Of a stretch of 36,346 bases of DNA, positions 16,807 through 25,900 are shown piece by piece; the first letter of the stretch is position 1; every line of letters begins with the position of its first letter. A program made the translations under genes and the position numbers. Below the pieces are notes generated by a model, which made no database searches, was not told where the DNA came from, and saw only the letters and a list, made by a program, of their open reading frames with translations. Source of the stretch: a virus (Duplodnaviria; Caudoviricetes); IMG/VR virus record IMGVR_UViG_3300036793_000045, positions 1 to 36,346 of that record, one strand, 5' to 3'.

Positions 16807-18396
16807 TCGTATTCCACCGCAGTGTCTGAGGGCCAGGTGCTGCAGTTCCCGGACCTGAAGCCCGGCACCCGCAAGGAGCTGCTCGGCCAGGAGATCGGCA
16901 CCCAGTTCGACTGGGGCCAGCGGCTGTTCGCCTACTACGGAGCTGGCTCCGTATTCGACTACGGCGAGTGGTCCAGCCGGGACATGAAGGTCATGTTCAG
17001 CCGCGACGGCATCTGCTCGGCGGTCGAGTCCGCGCTGACCCTGCCGGTCCGTGAGGCGGCGCGGGACATCGTCCCGGCCAAGGGCGACAAGGGCGAGGCT
17101 GAGTTCGCCAACTCAGTGATCATGACCGCCGACCACGAGGGCGGCATGGCCACCCCGGTCTCCGAGCTGATCGGCCAGATCACCAGCGGGCAGATATTCC
17201 GCCGGGCCTTCTTCGAGAAGACGTGGAAGATCCGCGAGAGTGACGGCAAGATCGTCTACAACAAGATCGCCTACCGGCCTCCCGCCACCTGCCAGGCCCG
17301 CTACAACGACCGGACCGGCGCGGCGCAGGGCTTCCGCCAGCAGGTCTGGCTGTTCGGCGGCAACCTGATGCTCTCAAGCAAGCAGAAGGTGCCTGGCTAC
17401 GTCGATATCCCCGGCATCCGCAGCTACATCTACACACACGGCAAGCACCGCGAGCCGCTGACCGGCGCGAGCGAGATGGAAGTCGCGTACTGGTGCTACC
17501 AGACCAAGATGAAGCTGCTCTACCTCTGGTACCACTTCCTGGAGAACCAGGCGCTGCCCCGGACCGTGGTCTACGGCAACGACCAGCCCGAGGCCAACGC
17601 CAGGGCCAACGACATCGCGAGCCTGAAGTCCAGCGGCGTGGTCGGCATCGAGCGACCGCCCGACGGGGCCAAGGCCTTCGAGATCATCGAGAGCGCGAGC
17701 GATAACGGCAAGTACTTCACCGATGCCATGGGCTTCCTCGAAGGCTGGCAGGTGCACTCCGTGCTGGCTGGCTTCATGGCGCTGACCGGTGCCGCATCCG
17801 GCGGCAAGGGCAGCTACGCGATGAGCCAGGATCAGTCGAGCTTCTACCTGAAGTCCCGGCAAGCCGTGGCCAAGGAGATCGCTGACTCGATCCAGCACGA
17901 CATCATCCGGCCGCTGATCGTGCTGAACTTCGGCACGCAGGCCGCGTTCCCGAGCTGGCGGTTCGGCCCGCTGCAGGATGAGCAGGCTCAGGCTCTGCTG
18001 ACCCTGTTCGGCCAGCTCTCCGCAGCCCCGGTGCTGCACATCCCGCTGCCGGTGTTCGACCTGATCACCGAGCGGATGGCTGACATCCTGCAGCTCGACG
18101 TCGATCAGGTGCACTCCGCGCTGATATCGACAGCGTCCCAGCGGGCCGAGCAGCTCGCGGGTAACCCGCCGCCGGGCATGCCGCCCGAGGCAGCCGGGCA
18201 GCTCGGCCAGCTTCAGGGCTTCGCCAACGGTGCCACCAACCTGGCCGCGAACGCAGCGGGCCGGGCACAGGCCGGGGCTGGCTCTCCTACGGGGGCAGGC
18301 AGCTCCGGCCTGCCACGGGCCATGCCCGCTCCAGCCACGGCTGGCGGACCACCGGCCAAGCCCCCGATGGTGCCGCCACCGGGGAGGATGGCGTGA
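16795..18396 (+). CDS. Portal protein (DUF935/Mu gp29-like)
   Basis: Position after TerL; size; FFEKTW, G.S....Y..Y..K, GSYAMS, I...IIRPLI.LNFG motifs; Pro/Gly/Ala-rich tail. Confidence 0.85.
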   Translation: MARSSYSTAVSEGQVLQFPDLKPGTRKELLGQEIGTQFDWGQRLFAYYGAGSVFDYGEWSSRDMKVMFSRDGICSAVESALTLPVREAARDIVPAKGDKGEAEFANSVIMTADHEGGMATPVSELIGQITSGQIFRRAFFEKTWKIRESDGKIVYNKIAYRPPATCQARYNDRTGAAQGFRQQVWLFGGNLMLSSKQKVPGYVDIPGIRSYIYTHGKHREPLTGASEMEVAYWCYQTKMKLLYLWYHFLENQALPRTVVYGNDQPEANARANDIASLKSSGVVGIERPPDGAKAFEIIESASDNGKYFTDAMGFLEGWQVHSVLAGFMALTGAASGGKGSYAMSQDQSSFYLKSRQAVAKEIADSIQHDIIRPLIVLNFGTQAAFPSWRFGPLQDEQAQALLTLFGQLSAAPVLHIPLPVFDLITERMADILQLDVDQVHSALISTASQRAEQLAGNPPPGMPPEAAGQLGQLQGFANGATNLAANAAGRAQAGAGSPTGAGSSGLPRAMPAPATAGGPPAKPPMVPPPGRMA

Positions 18397-18581
18397 GAGT
18401 TCGCATACGCAGGGCCCTCAGCCGCTGGAATCTGCGCTGGGGCATCGTGCACTTCACCTCGCGTACCTGGAAGTGGCCCGGCTATAAGCTCACGCTGCAC
18501 GAGCACTGGGTCGGATTCAGGTGCGGCGCGCACGGCTGGCTGATCATGCCTCTGCACCGGCTCGCTGACAGGTTGCCATGA
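18393..18581 (+). CDS. Small basic Trp-rich protein
   Basis: GTGA and ATGA overlaps exactly bridge portal and MuF; GGAGG RBS. Confidence 0.55.
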   Translation: MRVRIRRALSRWNLRWGIVHFTSRTWKWPGYKLTLHEHWVGFRCGAHGWLIMPLHRLADRLP

Positions 18582-19264
18582 CCACCCCGGTTGCTGCGCA
18601 GCAGCAGCCGACAATCCCGCAGACTCAGGCGGCTAATCTGGCGGCGGCGGACGCCGCGCTCGTGGCGGCTATCGCTGTCGTGCTGTCGGCGGTCTCGGTC
18701 GCCGATGCGTTCGCGGCACTGCAGATCCAGATCAAGCTCCGGCACATTCGCACCGACTTCGAGATGAGCGCGCTGCGCGGCGCACTCGAAGCCGTCATGG
18801 GCCACCCGCACGACCGGACCGAGGGCGTCGGGTCGGCGCAGGCTCAGATCGCCCGGCTGAACGCGGTGCGCCGGGCCCAGTTCGTGCTGCACGCTGCCCG
18901 GCGGATCACGCAGGATCTGCGGGAAGCCCGAGCCCACGGACAGCCGCTCGGGCAGGCTCTCAGCTCTGCGGTCGAGCGAGAGAAGCGGTACTACGGCCAG
19001 CATCTGCAGGCGATCATCCAGCGCATGGACGCAGCCAGCCAGACAGATGCCAGAGCTGCCGAGTTCGGGCCGCTGCTCGGCTGGTACGCGGTGCGCGACA
19101 AGCACACTAGCGCCGAGTGCCTGGCTGCCAACGGCAAGAACTTCTACGTGACGGCCATGCCCGTGATCGGCTTCCCCGGCGGCGTGCACCCGCACTGCCG
19201 CTGCTACCCCGGCAAGCCGCATGCTGGCGCGGCCATCCTGCGGAGTGCGAGGATGGCCGCGTGA
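18578..19264 (+). CDS. MuF / SPP1 gp7-like minor head protein (short form, no toxin extension)
   Basis: W.AV.D..TS..C...NG..F ... P...HPHCRC motif; follows the portal. Confidence 0.85.
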   Translation: MTTPVAAQQQPTIPQTQAANLAAADAALVAAIAVVLSAVSVADAFAALQIQIKLRHIRTDFEMSALRGALEAVMGHPHDRTEGVGSAQAQIARLNAVRRAQFVLHAARRITQDLREARAHGQPLGQALSSAVEREKRYYGQHLQAIIQRMDAASQTDARAAEFGPLLGWYAVRDKHTSAECLAANGKNFYVTAMPVIGFPGGVHPHCRCYPGKPHAGAAILRSARMAA

Positions 19265-19272
19265 TCAGCATG

Positions 19273-19539
19273 TCAGGGGCTCTTGAACAGCTCGTCCCAC
19301 ACCAGGTCGTAGAGCCCGTCGAAGGACTCACGGCCGAAGATGTTGTGGTTCTCGGCCTCCCAGACCGAGTCGAAGTGATTGCGAGCGGTCAGCCAGTGCC
19401 GCAGCGCTCGCTCCAGCGGCATGGTCTGGTTGTGCGCGCCCTCGTTCCACCAGCTCACGAACCTGGCAGCCACCTCAGCCACCGGCATCTCGAAACCGGC
19501 GTCGGCCCGGTTGCCCTTCCAGAACTGCACCTTGATCAT
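19273..19539 (-). CDS. Hypothetical protein, moron-like reverse-strand insertion
   Basis: Only credible minus-strand gene; fills the gap between MuF and 19617; AGGGAGATGATCAAG at its 5' end; AT-rich upstream. Confidence 0.7.
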   Translation of the reverse strand: MIKVQFWKGNRADAGFEMPVAEVAARFVSWWNEGAHNQTMPLERALRHWLTARNHFDSVWEAENHNIFGRESFDGLYDLVWDELFKSP

Positions 19540-19616
19540 CTCCCTCGAATCAGACACCGTATCTGATCTCTACCTATAGTATATCAGGTCTGTCAAGTAG
19601 GGCAGGAAACGGACAT

Positions 19617-21713
19617 ATGACCAAGCTGATCACCCCGGTGGGAGAGCTGCAGCGCTCGGCCGCGAAGTCGATGCGCAACCTGGCTGACAAGGTCCAGAAG
19701 GACCACCAGGGCATGATGACCCACAAGCACCTGCGGGACGCGGCGCGGGTGATCGAACGCGGGCAGACCGAAGGGGCCAAGCGGCACCTGGACGCGGCGG
19801 TGCACGAGATGCAGCCCAACACGCTGTACCGGCACGGCCTGCTGACCGACGAGCACCACGCGATGGCCAAGCAGAACATGGGCGAGATCCACCGGCACCG
19901 GCTGCTGGTCCGCGACATCGAGGACGTCAAGGCCCGCAACCAGGAAAACATCGCCAGGATGCGCAGCGAGGCGGCTGGCACCTCGGTCCCGTCTGCCCCG
20001 GAGCCGTCCAGCTCGGTCAACGCGCCGTCTAAGACGCCCGTCGGCAGGATCGACATCAACGTGGCCAGCGGGCCGAAAGAGCCACCGCCGACCACCTCGC
20101 AGAACCACCTGAGCAACCGGAGCCTGGACATGCTGGAGTTCGCTGCCTGGGAGCACGAGCTGCGCGGGCCGAAGGGTGAGTGGATCAGCACCAGCAGCCT
20201 GCGGGGGCCGCACGGCAAGAACATCAGGCAGGGTAGCGCCAGGGGCACCAAGTTCACCTACAAGGGCGGCGCGGGCAGCTTCAGCCATGCCCGCGCCATC
20301 AAGGAACTGGGTGACTACTTCGCGCCGACCGGCGAGATCTCCACCCGGCAGTACAACTCACCCGACTCGATCATCATCAAGAACGCGCTCCGCAACGCAG
20401 CCGTGGCCATGGTCAAGCGGGACATGCCGTCGGCCCGCGCGCACTTCGGCATGGCCATCCAGTCCGCAGCACGGCTCGGGCCGCAGCAAGAGGCGCTGGT
20501 GATGAGCGCCCGCGACAGCCTGGACAAAGTGCCGCCGTACGCCCGCTCGATGCGTTCAGAGCCGCGCGGTCCGAAGCAGGGCATGGAGGCTATCGGGCAG
20601 GGGGCACTGGTCAGGCCGCAGGAGTTCTCCTGGACCGACGAGCTGCGCAACCGGCACGGCGAGTGGTCGGGCATGTCGGACGAGGCGATCTCGGCGGTCG
20701 GGGCCCGGCACGGCAACGACGTAGCCAGCCACCTGCGTGCGTTCAAGACGGCTGGCAGCAAGAGCGAGGCGATCGGTCACCTGGACGCCGCGCACGCCAA
20801 GATCTCCGCCAACATGCGCGGCAACCGTGACGCCACTGCAGGGGGCGCGATCGGCAGGCAGAACGACGCCCGCCTGCTGAACACGATCGGCACGATGCGC
20901 AAGCAGGCCAGCGCCATCGAGATGTCCGCCCAGACAGCCCGGCTGGCGGTCACGCCCGCGCCACGGGGCAAGCCGGGCGGGCCGGGCCTGTACGACGTCA
21001 AGGGCCTCGGTCACACGCCGTACCTGCAGCAGGTGGTCAAAGCGTTGATCGAGAAGCGCGGCATGGAGCCGGGCAAGGCCTACGCCATCGCTCGGGCCTC
21101 GATCCGCAAGTGGATGGCCAAGAGCAAGCACCCCGAGGTCAAGGCAGCGGCCGGAGCGGCCGAGGCCGGGGAGCTGGCCAAGCAGGCGCAAGCTCACGCG
21201 CACAGCAACCAGGTGCAGGACTTCCGCGAGATCTGGGAACTGGCCAACATCATGGCGGCTATCGACCTGACCGGCACTGCGGCCGGAGCCGCCAAGGACC
21301 AGCGGATAGCGGCTGGCGGGACGGGCGGAGGCCGGTTCGGCAGCGGGCAGGGACAGAGCAAAGCACCAGCACACCAGCACCACGCCAGCCGGGCACAGCG
21401 CAAGGCCACGATCGAGAAGCAGATCTCGAACCTGCGCGGCGAGCTGCACGGGCTACTGCGCCAGTACCGGTCGATGTCGCACAGCTCGACTCCGCGCAAA
21501 AGCTCGGCAGCGGCGGCCAGCTCGAAGGCAGCCAGGCAGACGCAGCAGGCGGCCAAGGCCGCCGCGTCCGGCAAGAGCGCCGCCGCGTCATCCAGCTCGA
21601 CTGCCACGGCGGCGGCTGCTAAGCATCTGATCAGCCGGGCAACGCTGAAGGCCAAGATCGCGCAGATCCGTGCGCAGATTCGTCAGCTTCAGCACCAGGC
21701 TGCCGGGCTGTGA
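19617..21713 (+). CDS. Multi-module head-associated protein with internal tag repeats and a basic coiled-coil C-terminus
   Basis: Tags LEFAAWEHELRGPKGEW, QEFSWTDELRNRHGEW, IDL..DQRIAAGGTGGGRF; PYLQQVVKALIEKRG..AYAIA..IRKW helical module. Confidence 0.8.
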   Translation: MTKLITPVGELQRSAAKSMRNLADKVQKDHQGMMTHKHLRDAARVIERGQTEGAKRHLDAAVHEMQPNTLYRHGLLTDEHHAMAKQNMGEIHRHRLLVRDIEDVKARNQENIARMRSEAAGTSVPSAPEPSSSVNAPSKTPVGRIDINVASGPKEPPPTTSQNHLSNRSLDMLEFAAWEHELRGPKGEWISTSSLRGPHGKNIRQGSARGTKFTYKGGAGSFSHARAIKELGDYFAPTGEISTRQYNSPDSIIIKNALRNAAVAMVKRDMPSARAHFGMAIQSAARLGPQQEALVMSARDSLDKVPPYARSMRSEPRGPKQGMEAIGQGALVRPQEFSWTDELRNRHGEWSGMSDEAISAVGARHGNDVASHLRAFKTAGSKSEAIGHLDAAHAKISANMRGNRDATAGGAIGRQNDARLLNTIGTMRKQASAIEMSAQTARLAVTPAPRGKPGGPGLYDVKGLGHTPYLQQVVKALIEKRGMEPGKAYAIARASIRKWMAKSKHPEVKAAAGAAEAGELAKQAQAHAHSNQVQDFREIWELANIMAAIDLTGTAAGAAKDQRIAAGGTGGGRFGSGQGQSKAPAHQHHASRAQRKATIEKQISNLRGELHGLLRQYRSMSHSSTPRKSSAAAASSKAARQTQQAAKAAASGKSAAASSSSTATAAAAKHLISRATLKAKIAQIRAQIRQLQHQAAGL

Positions 21714-22681
21714 CCAGCATCTCCGAGCAGGCCGGTATCGGCCTGGCAGCAGAGCACGGCCACCATATCCCCGGTACGCCGTACACCTACTACCACGGCT
21801 GGGTCCTGCGCGGGGAGACCTCGCCCGGCACCCAGGTGACGCACCCGGAGTTCGGCACCGGGGTTATCCGTCAGCACCACCGCAACATCGGCACCGGCAG
21901 CACAGCCGACGTGTTCTTCCCGGTCACGGGCGTGCGCGCCAACTTCGAGGTCACCAGCGGGGAACGCGACCCGGTGGACATCCTCGGGCCTGCTGATACG
22001 GCCCTGGCCAAGCGGCCGACAGAGCCAGATCTGACGCCAGCACCAGACCTGCCGCCGTACGACGAGACCAGCGGCTGGTTCGCAGATGAGCCATTCGACC
22101 GCAATCTGGACGGGAACCAGACCGAGGCAATCAGCGACTATGTCTCGCCCTGGGGGTCAGAAGCGATCAACAGCGCGCTGCGGCGAGGTCATCTCCCGGT
22201 CGGCTACAACAACGACAACATGGACCGCAAAGATGTCGTGCACACCCTCGACCACCTGATCAGCAGCTACACGCTGAACAGCCCGGCCACGGTCTACCGG
22301 GGGCTGTCGATGACGCCCGCGCTGGAGCGCAAGCTCAAGCCCGGCTCGACTTTCAGCGACAAGGCGTACACCTCGACGTCGTCCAGCCTGACCTGGGCCA
22401 GCAAGTTCGCGGCGATGCGCGCGGGCACCGATACCCAGACCGGGGAGGGCGTGCACCTGCAGAACGCCCAGGTGACACCGGGCAAGCCAGTGATCATGAG
22501 GATCACCGTCCCGGCTGGCGGGCACATGGCTCCGGGCGAGACTGACATCGGCGAATACGTGCTGCCGCGAGGAGGCCGGTACCGCGTAGATTCGATCGAG
22601 AGCAACGCGATGGCTGCCACCATGATCAACGTGACGGCCCTGCCTAAGGCGACGAGGACCAGTGCGGCAAAGGCAAGCTGA
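21710..22681 (+). CDS. ADP-ribosyltransferase (VIP2/C3-like R-S-E clan) with N-terminal tag and SH3-like domain
   Basis: AISDY..INSALR, VYRG (22292), FSDKAYTSTS (22367), I.VPAG, GEYVLPRG; VTHPEFGTGVI SH3-like strand pattern. Confidence 0.85.
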   Translation: MTSISEQAGIGLAAEHGHHIPGTPYTYYHGWVLRGETSPGTQVTHPEFGTGVIRQHHRNIGTGSTADVFFPVTGVRANFEVTSGERDPVDILGPADTALAKRPTEPDLTPAPDLPPYDETSGWFADEPFDRNLDGNQTEAISDYVSPWGSEAINSALRRGHLPVGYNNDNMDRKDVVHTLDHLISSYTLNSPATVYRGLSMTPALERKLKPGSTFSDKAYTSTSSSLTWASKFAAMRAGTDTQTGEGVHLQNAQVTPGKPVIMRITVPAGGHMAPGETDIGEYVLPRGGRYRVDSIESNAMAATMINVTALPKATRTSAAKAS

Positions 22682-22694
22682 CGCCACGGCGCGC

Positions 22695-22931
22695 ATGGCG
22701 TGGGCCCCCGATGAGATCGAGTTCGGCGGGCCTGGCCTTACCGTCACGGCGGAAGACGGCACCGTGCTCGGGACCATCACGCTGGACGATGACGGGCTGA
22801 CGGCCAGCTCGCCTGTCTTGCAGCAGATCGCTGACCAGGAGGTGCAGCGCTGGGGCGACCCGGAGGCTGCCTACCGCTGGATAGCCCGAGGTAACGGCTA
22901 CCTGGTGGTGACCAGTGACGACGATCAGTGA
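22695..22931 (+). CDS. Small acidic protein, candidate immunity/partner of the ART
   Basis: Directly downstream of the ART, D/E-rich, overlaps the next gene; alternative GTG start at 22662. Confidence 0.6.
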   Translation: MAWAPDEIEFGGPGLTVTAEDGTVLGTITLDDDGLTASSPVLQQIADQEVQRWGDPEAAYRWIARGNGYLVVTSDDDQ

Positions 22932-25900
22932 GCAGCTCGACCTGGCCGGTGAAGGCTGGCGAGATGCCTGGCGGTACGAGCAGCGCGGGGCTCACGGTGA
23001 GTGGGTCAAGGGCCTGCAGGATGCCAACGGGCCGGACAGCCCTGCTGTTAAGCACCTGGCCTCGATCAGCGAGGAAGACATCAGGGCAGCCAGCTTCAAG
23101 ACGCCATCGAGAGGCATCCAGGGCGACACCAGGATCCTGACGCTCCCCGGCGGCGAGAAGGTGATCGACAAGACGCTCAAGGACTTCGACACCGGGGAGC
23201 GGATGGGCCACTACATCATCAAGGCCCAGGACATGGCTGACGCTGAGGAGCTGGGCTACTACGTCAGCCAGGCGATCGGAGCCGGGGCTCCGCCCGTGCA
23301 GCGCCGCTCGCCCACCCGGATCCTGACGGGCTACGTCGCGGGCAAGACCGGCTCTCAGTGGGCTGCAGCGCGCCTTCAGAAGCATCAGCAGGAGGAGTAC
23401 AAGGACTGGGGCATAGACACGGAGATCGCTGAGAAGCACGCCTACGACAGCACGGTGGTTGATCAGCTCGGTATAACCCACTCGCCGCAGGGCGAGCTGA
23501 TCGGCGTGCTCGATTTCCTCATCAGCAACCGTGACCGGAATCCGGGCAACTTCCTGATCTTCCGCAACCGGCCGGTGCCGATCGATCACAGCTCCTCAAG
23601 CTTCGACGCGGAAGACCCGGCAAGCGACTTCACAGACGATAACGACATCCTGAGGCAGACCTGGCCGGTTGCCGAGTGGGGGCCGCGCCTGCGCGCCCTG
23701 GAGCCGCAGTTCGCGCGGATGGGCCGCCAGGCGCAATACGCCAGCATGATGCACCAGTTCGCGAGGCTCAAGCCAGCTCCCGCGCAGCACTCGAACATCA
23801 CCGGGCAGGCGCTGGAGCTGGGCTGGCTCGGCTGGCAGCACGAAGCCAGGAACCAGTACGGCGAGTGGTCTACCGACCCGCTCGGCGACCTGAAGACCGC
23901 CCGGCACGTCATCACCTACGTGCCCGGAGTCGGGTCGGACAAGCCCGAGCTGCGTACCGGCGAGGTCGAGCGGGCCACCAGGATCAAGGCCATTGCCAAC
24001 GTGATGGCGCACGGGGACAGCACCGCCGTGGCCGTGTTCGGCTACGACTCGCCCGACACCATCCCGGCTGGCCTGGAGCACGAGAAGGGCTTGGCGGCGG
24101 CCAAGAAGCTCGCGGCCTTCCAGAAGAAGCTCATGAGCGAAAACCCGTACGCGCACTTCACCGTGGTCGGCCACAGCTACGGCTCGTACGTAGCCAGCCA
24201 GGCGGCCAAGCTGCACGGTATGAAGCCCGACGACCTGGTGTTCATCGGCAGCCCTGGCACAGGGGCCCGGCACGCTTCCGAGCTGGGCATGCCGCAGGGG
24301 CATGTCTGGGCCGGTGCCGAGCGCAGGGACCTCATTCCCAGGCTGGCCACGCTGATAAGCCCGGACCTGAAGGGAAACCCCGTCCACCCCGCGTACGGGG
24401 CCAACGTGTTCGCGGCTGATGCCCCGCTGAAGCTCGAAGGCACCGACCGGCTGCACTCCGAGGCGCACGGATCGTATTTCCTGCCCGGCAGCATGGCACT
24501 GCCCAACATCGGCGCTATCACGACCGGCGACTACGGCAAGGTAATCAAGCCGTGGGAGCCTGGCAGCCTGGCCGGTTACAACGAGCTGACCGAGAAGTTC
24601 GAGAAGCCACCGGCCACGGTCGCAGCCAGCAATATCACCACTCAGGCGCTGGAGTTCGCCGGGTGGGCTGATGCATGGCGCACCGAGCTGCGGGGTCCGA
24701 ACGGGGAGTGGATATCAGGCCCTGAGCACAACGACAAGCTGCTGAAAGCCGCGACCGGGCACAGGGCCAGCGCGGTCCGTCTTCATGATCATGTGCTGTA
24801 CGGAAAGACCGAACTAGCTCCGGGCGGCATGCGCTTGCAGACCAGGCTGGTGCCGATGGAGGTTACCGGCCTGCACCACCACTGGGAGGGCCAGGGCAAG
24901 AACCGTAAACGGTTCACCGACATGGAGCTGAAGGACCCGGTCACGGGCGAGACAACCAGCGAGTCGGTGAAGGACGGCAACTCGGTCAAGATGTACCGCC
25001 GGGAAGACATCAAGGCGATGATGGCCGCTGAGAAGGTACCGGCAGAAAAGCCAGCAGCAGCAGAACCGGCCTCGCCGGAAGGGCCCAGCAAGAAGGCGAT
25101 GGACGAAGCGCGGCGCGTCGTTGACCCGGCTGGGATGTCACCGGAGGAGCACGAGGCAGTTTCCCGCGAGCTAGCGCGCAACTACGACATGATGCCCGCG
25201 ATGATCGGCAAGCTGAAGACCCTGAAGCTCGACCCGTCGATATCCAGCTACGCGGCGGGCATCTCCACTCCGAATGACGGCATCAGGCTGGCTCCGTCCA
25301 CGGTGCACAACATGGGCCTGACGCAGCGCGACTACGAGGCTCGTGAGGCCAGCGGCTTCTACGTGCGCGGGGATGACGAGAACGACCACAGCCCGATCTC
25401 CGGACTGCGTCACCTGATCACGCACGAGTTCGGCCATGCTGTCACCTGGACGCAGGCTGGCAAGCTGCAGATAAGCCCGGAAGTCCAGCGGGCTATGGCA
25501 AAGGCGATCAGCGGCCAGGACTTTCCGGCTACAACTGCCGGAACACGCGCAGCCTGGAAGGTGCTGAACGACAAGCGCAAGACCACCAGGGCCGTGTCCG
25601 GCTACGGGTCCAGCAACTGGGCAGAGCTGGCGGCCGAGGCCTACGCGGCCTGGTCACTGGGCGACACCGGCACGGCGGGCAAGGTCGGCGACTCGTTCGT
25701 TCACATGCTCGACCAGGTCCCGCCGACGAGCTGTGACGGGCTGCCCCTGCCGGGCCACGCTCACCAGCACGCCAGCATCACAGGCCAGGCGCTGGAGCTG
25801 GCGGGCGGCTGGCGGGACGCATGGCTGCATGAGGCACGAGGGCCGCACGGGGAGTGGATCAAGGGCAGCGCGGGCGTGCTGCAGTTCCCGCAGCGCGAGT

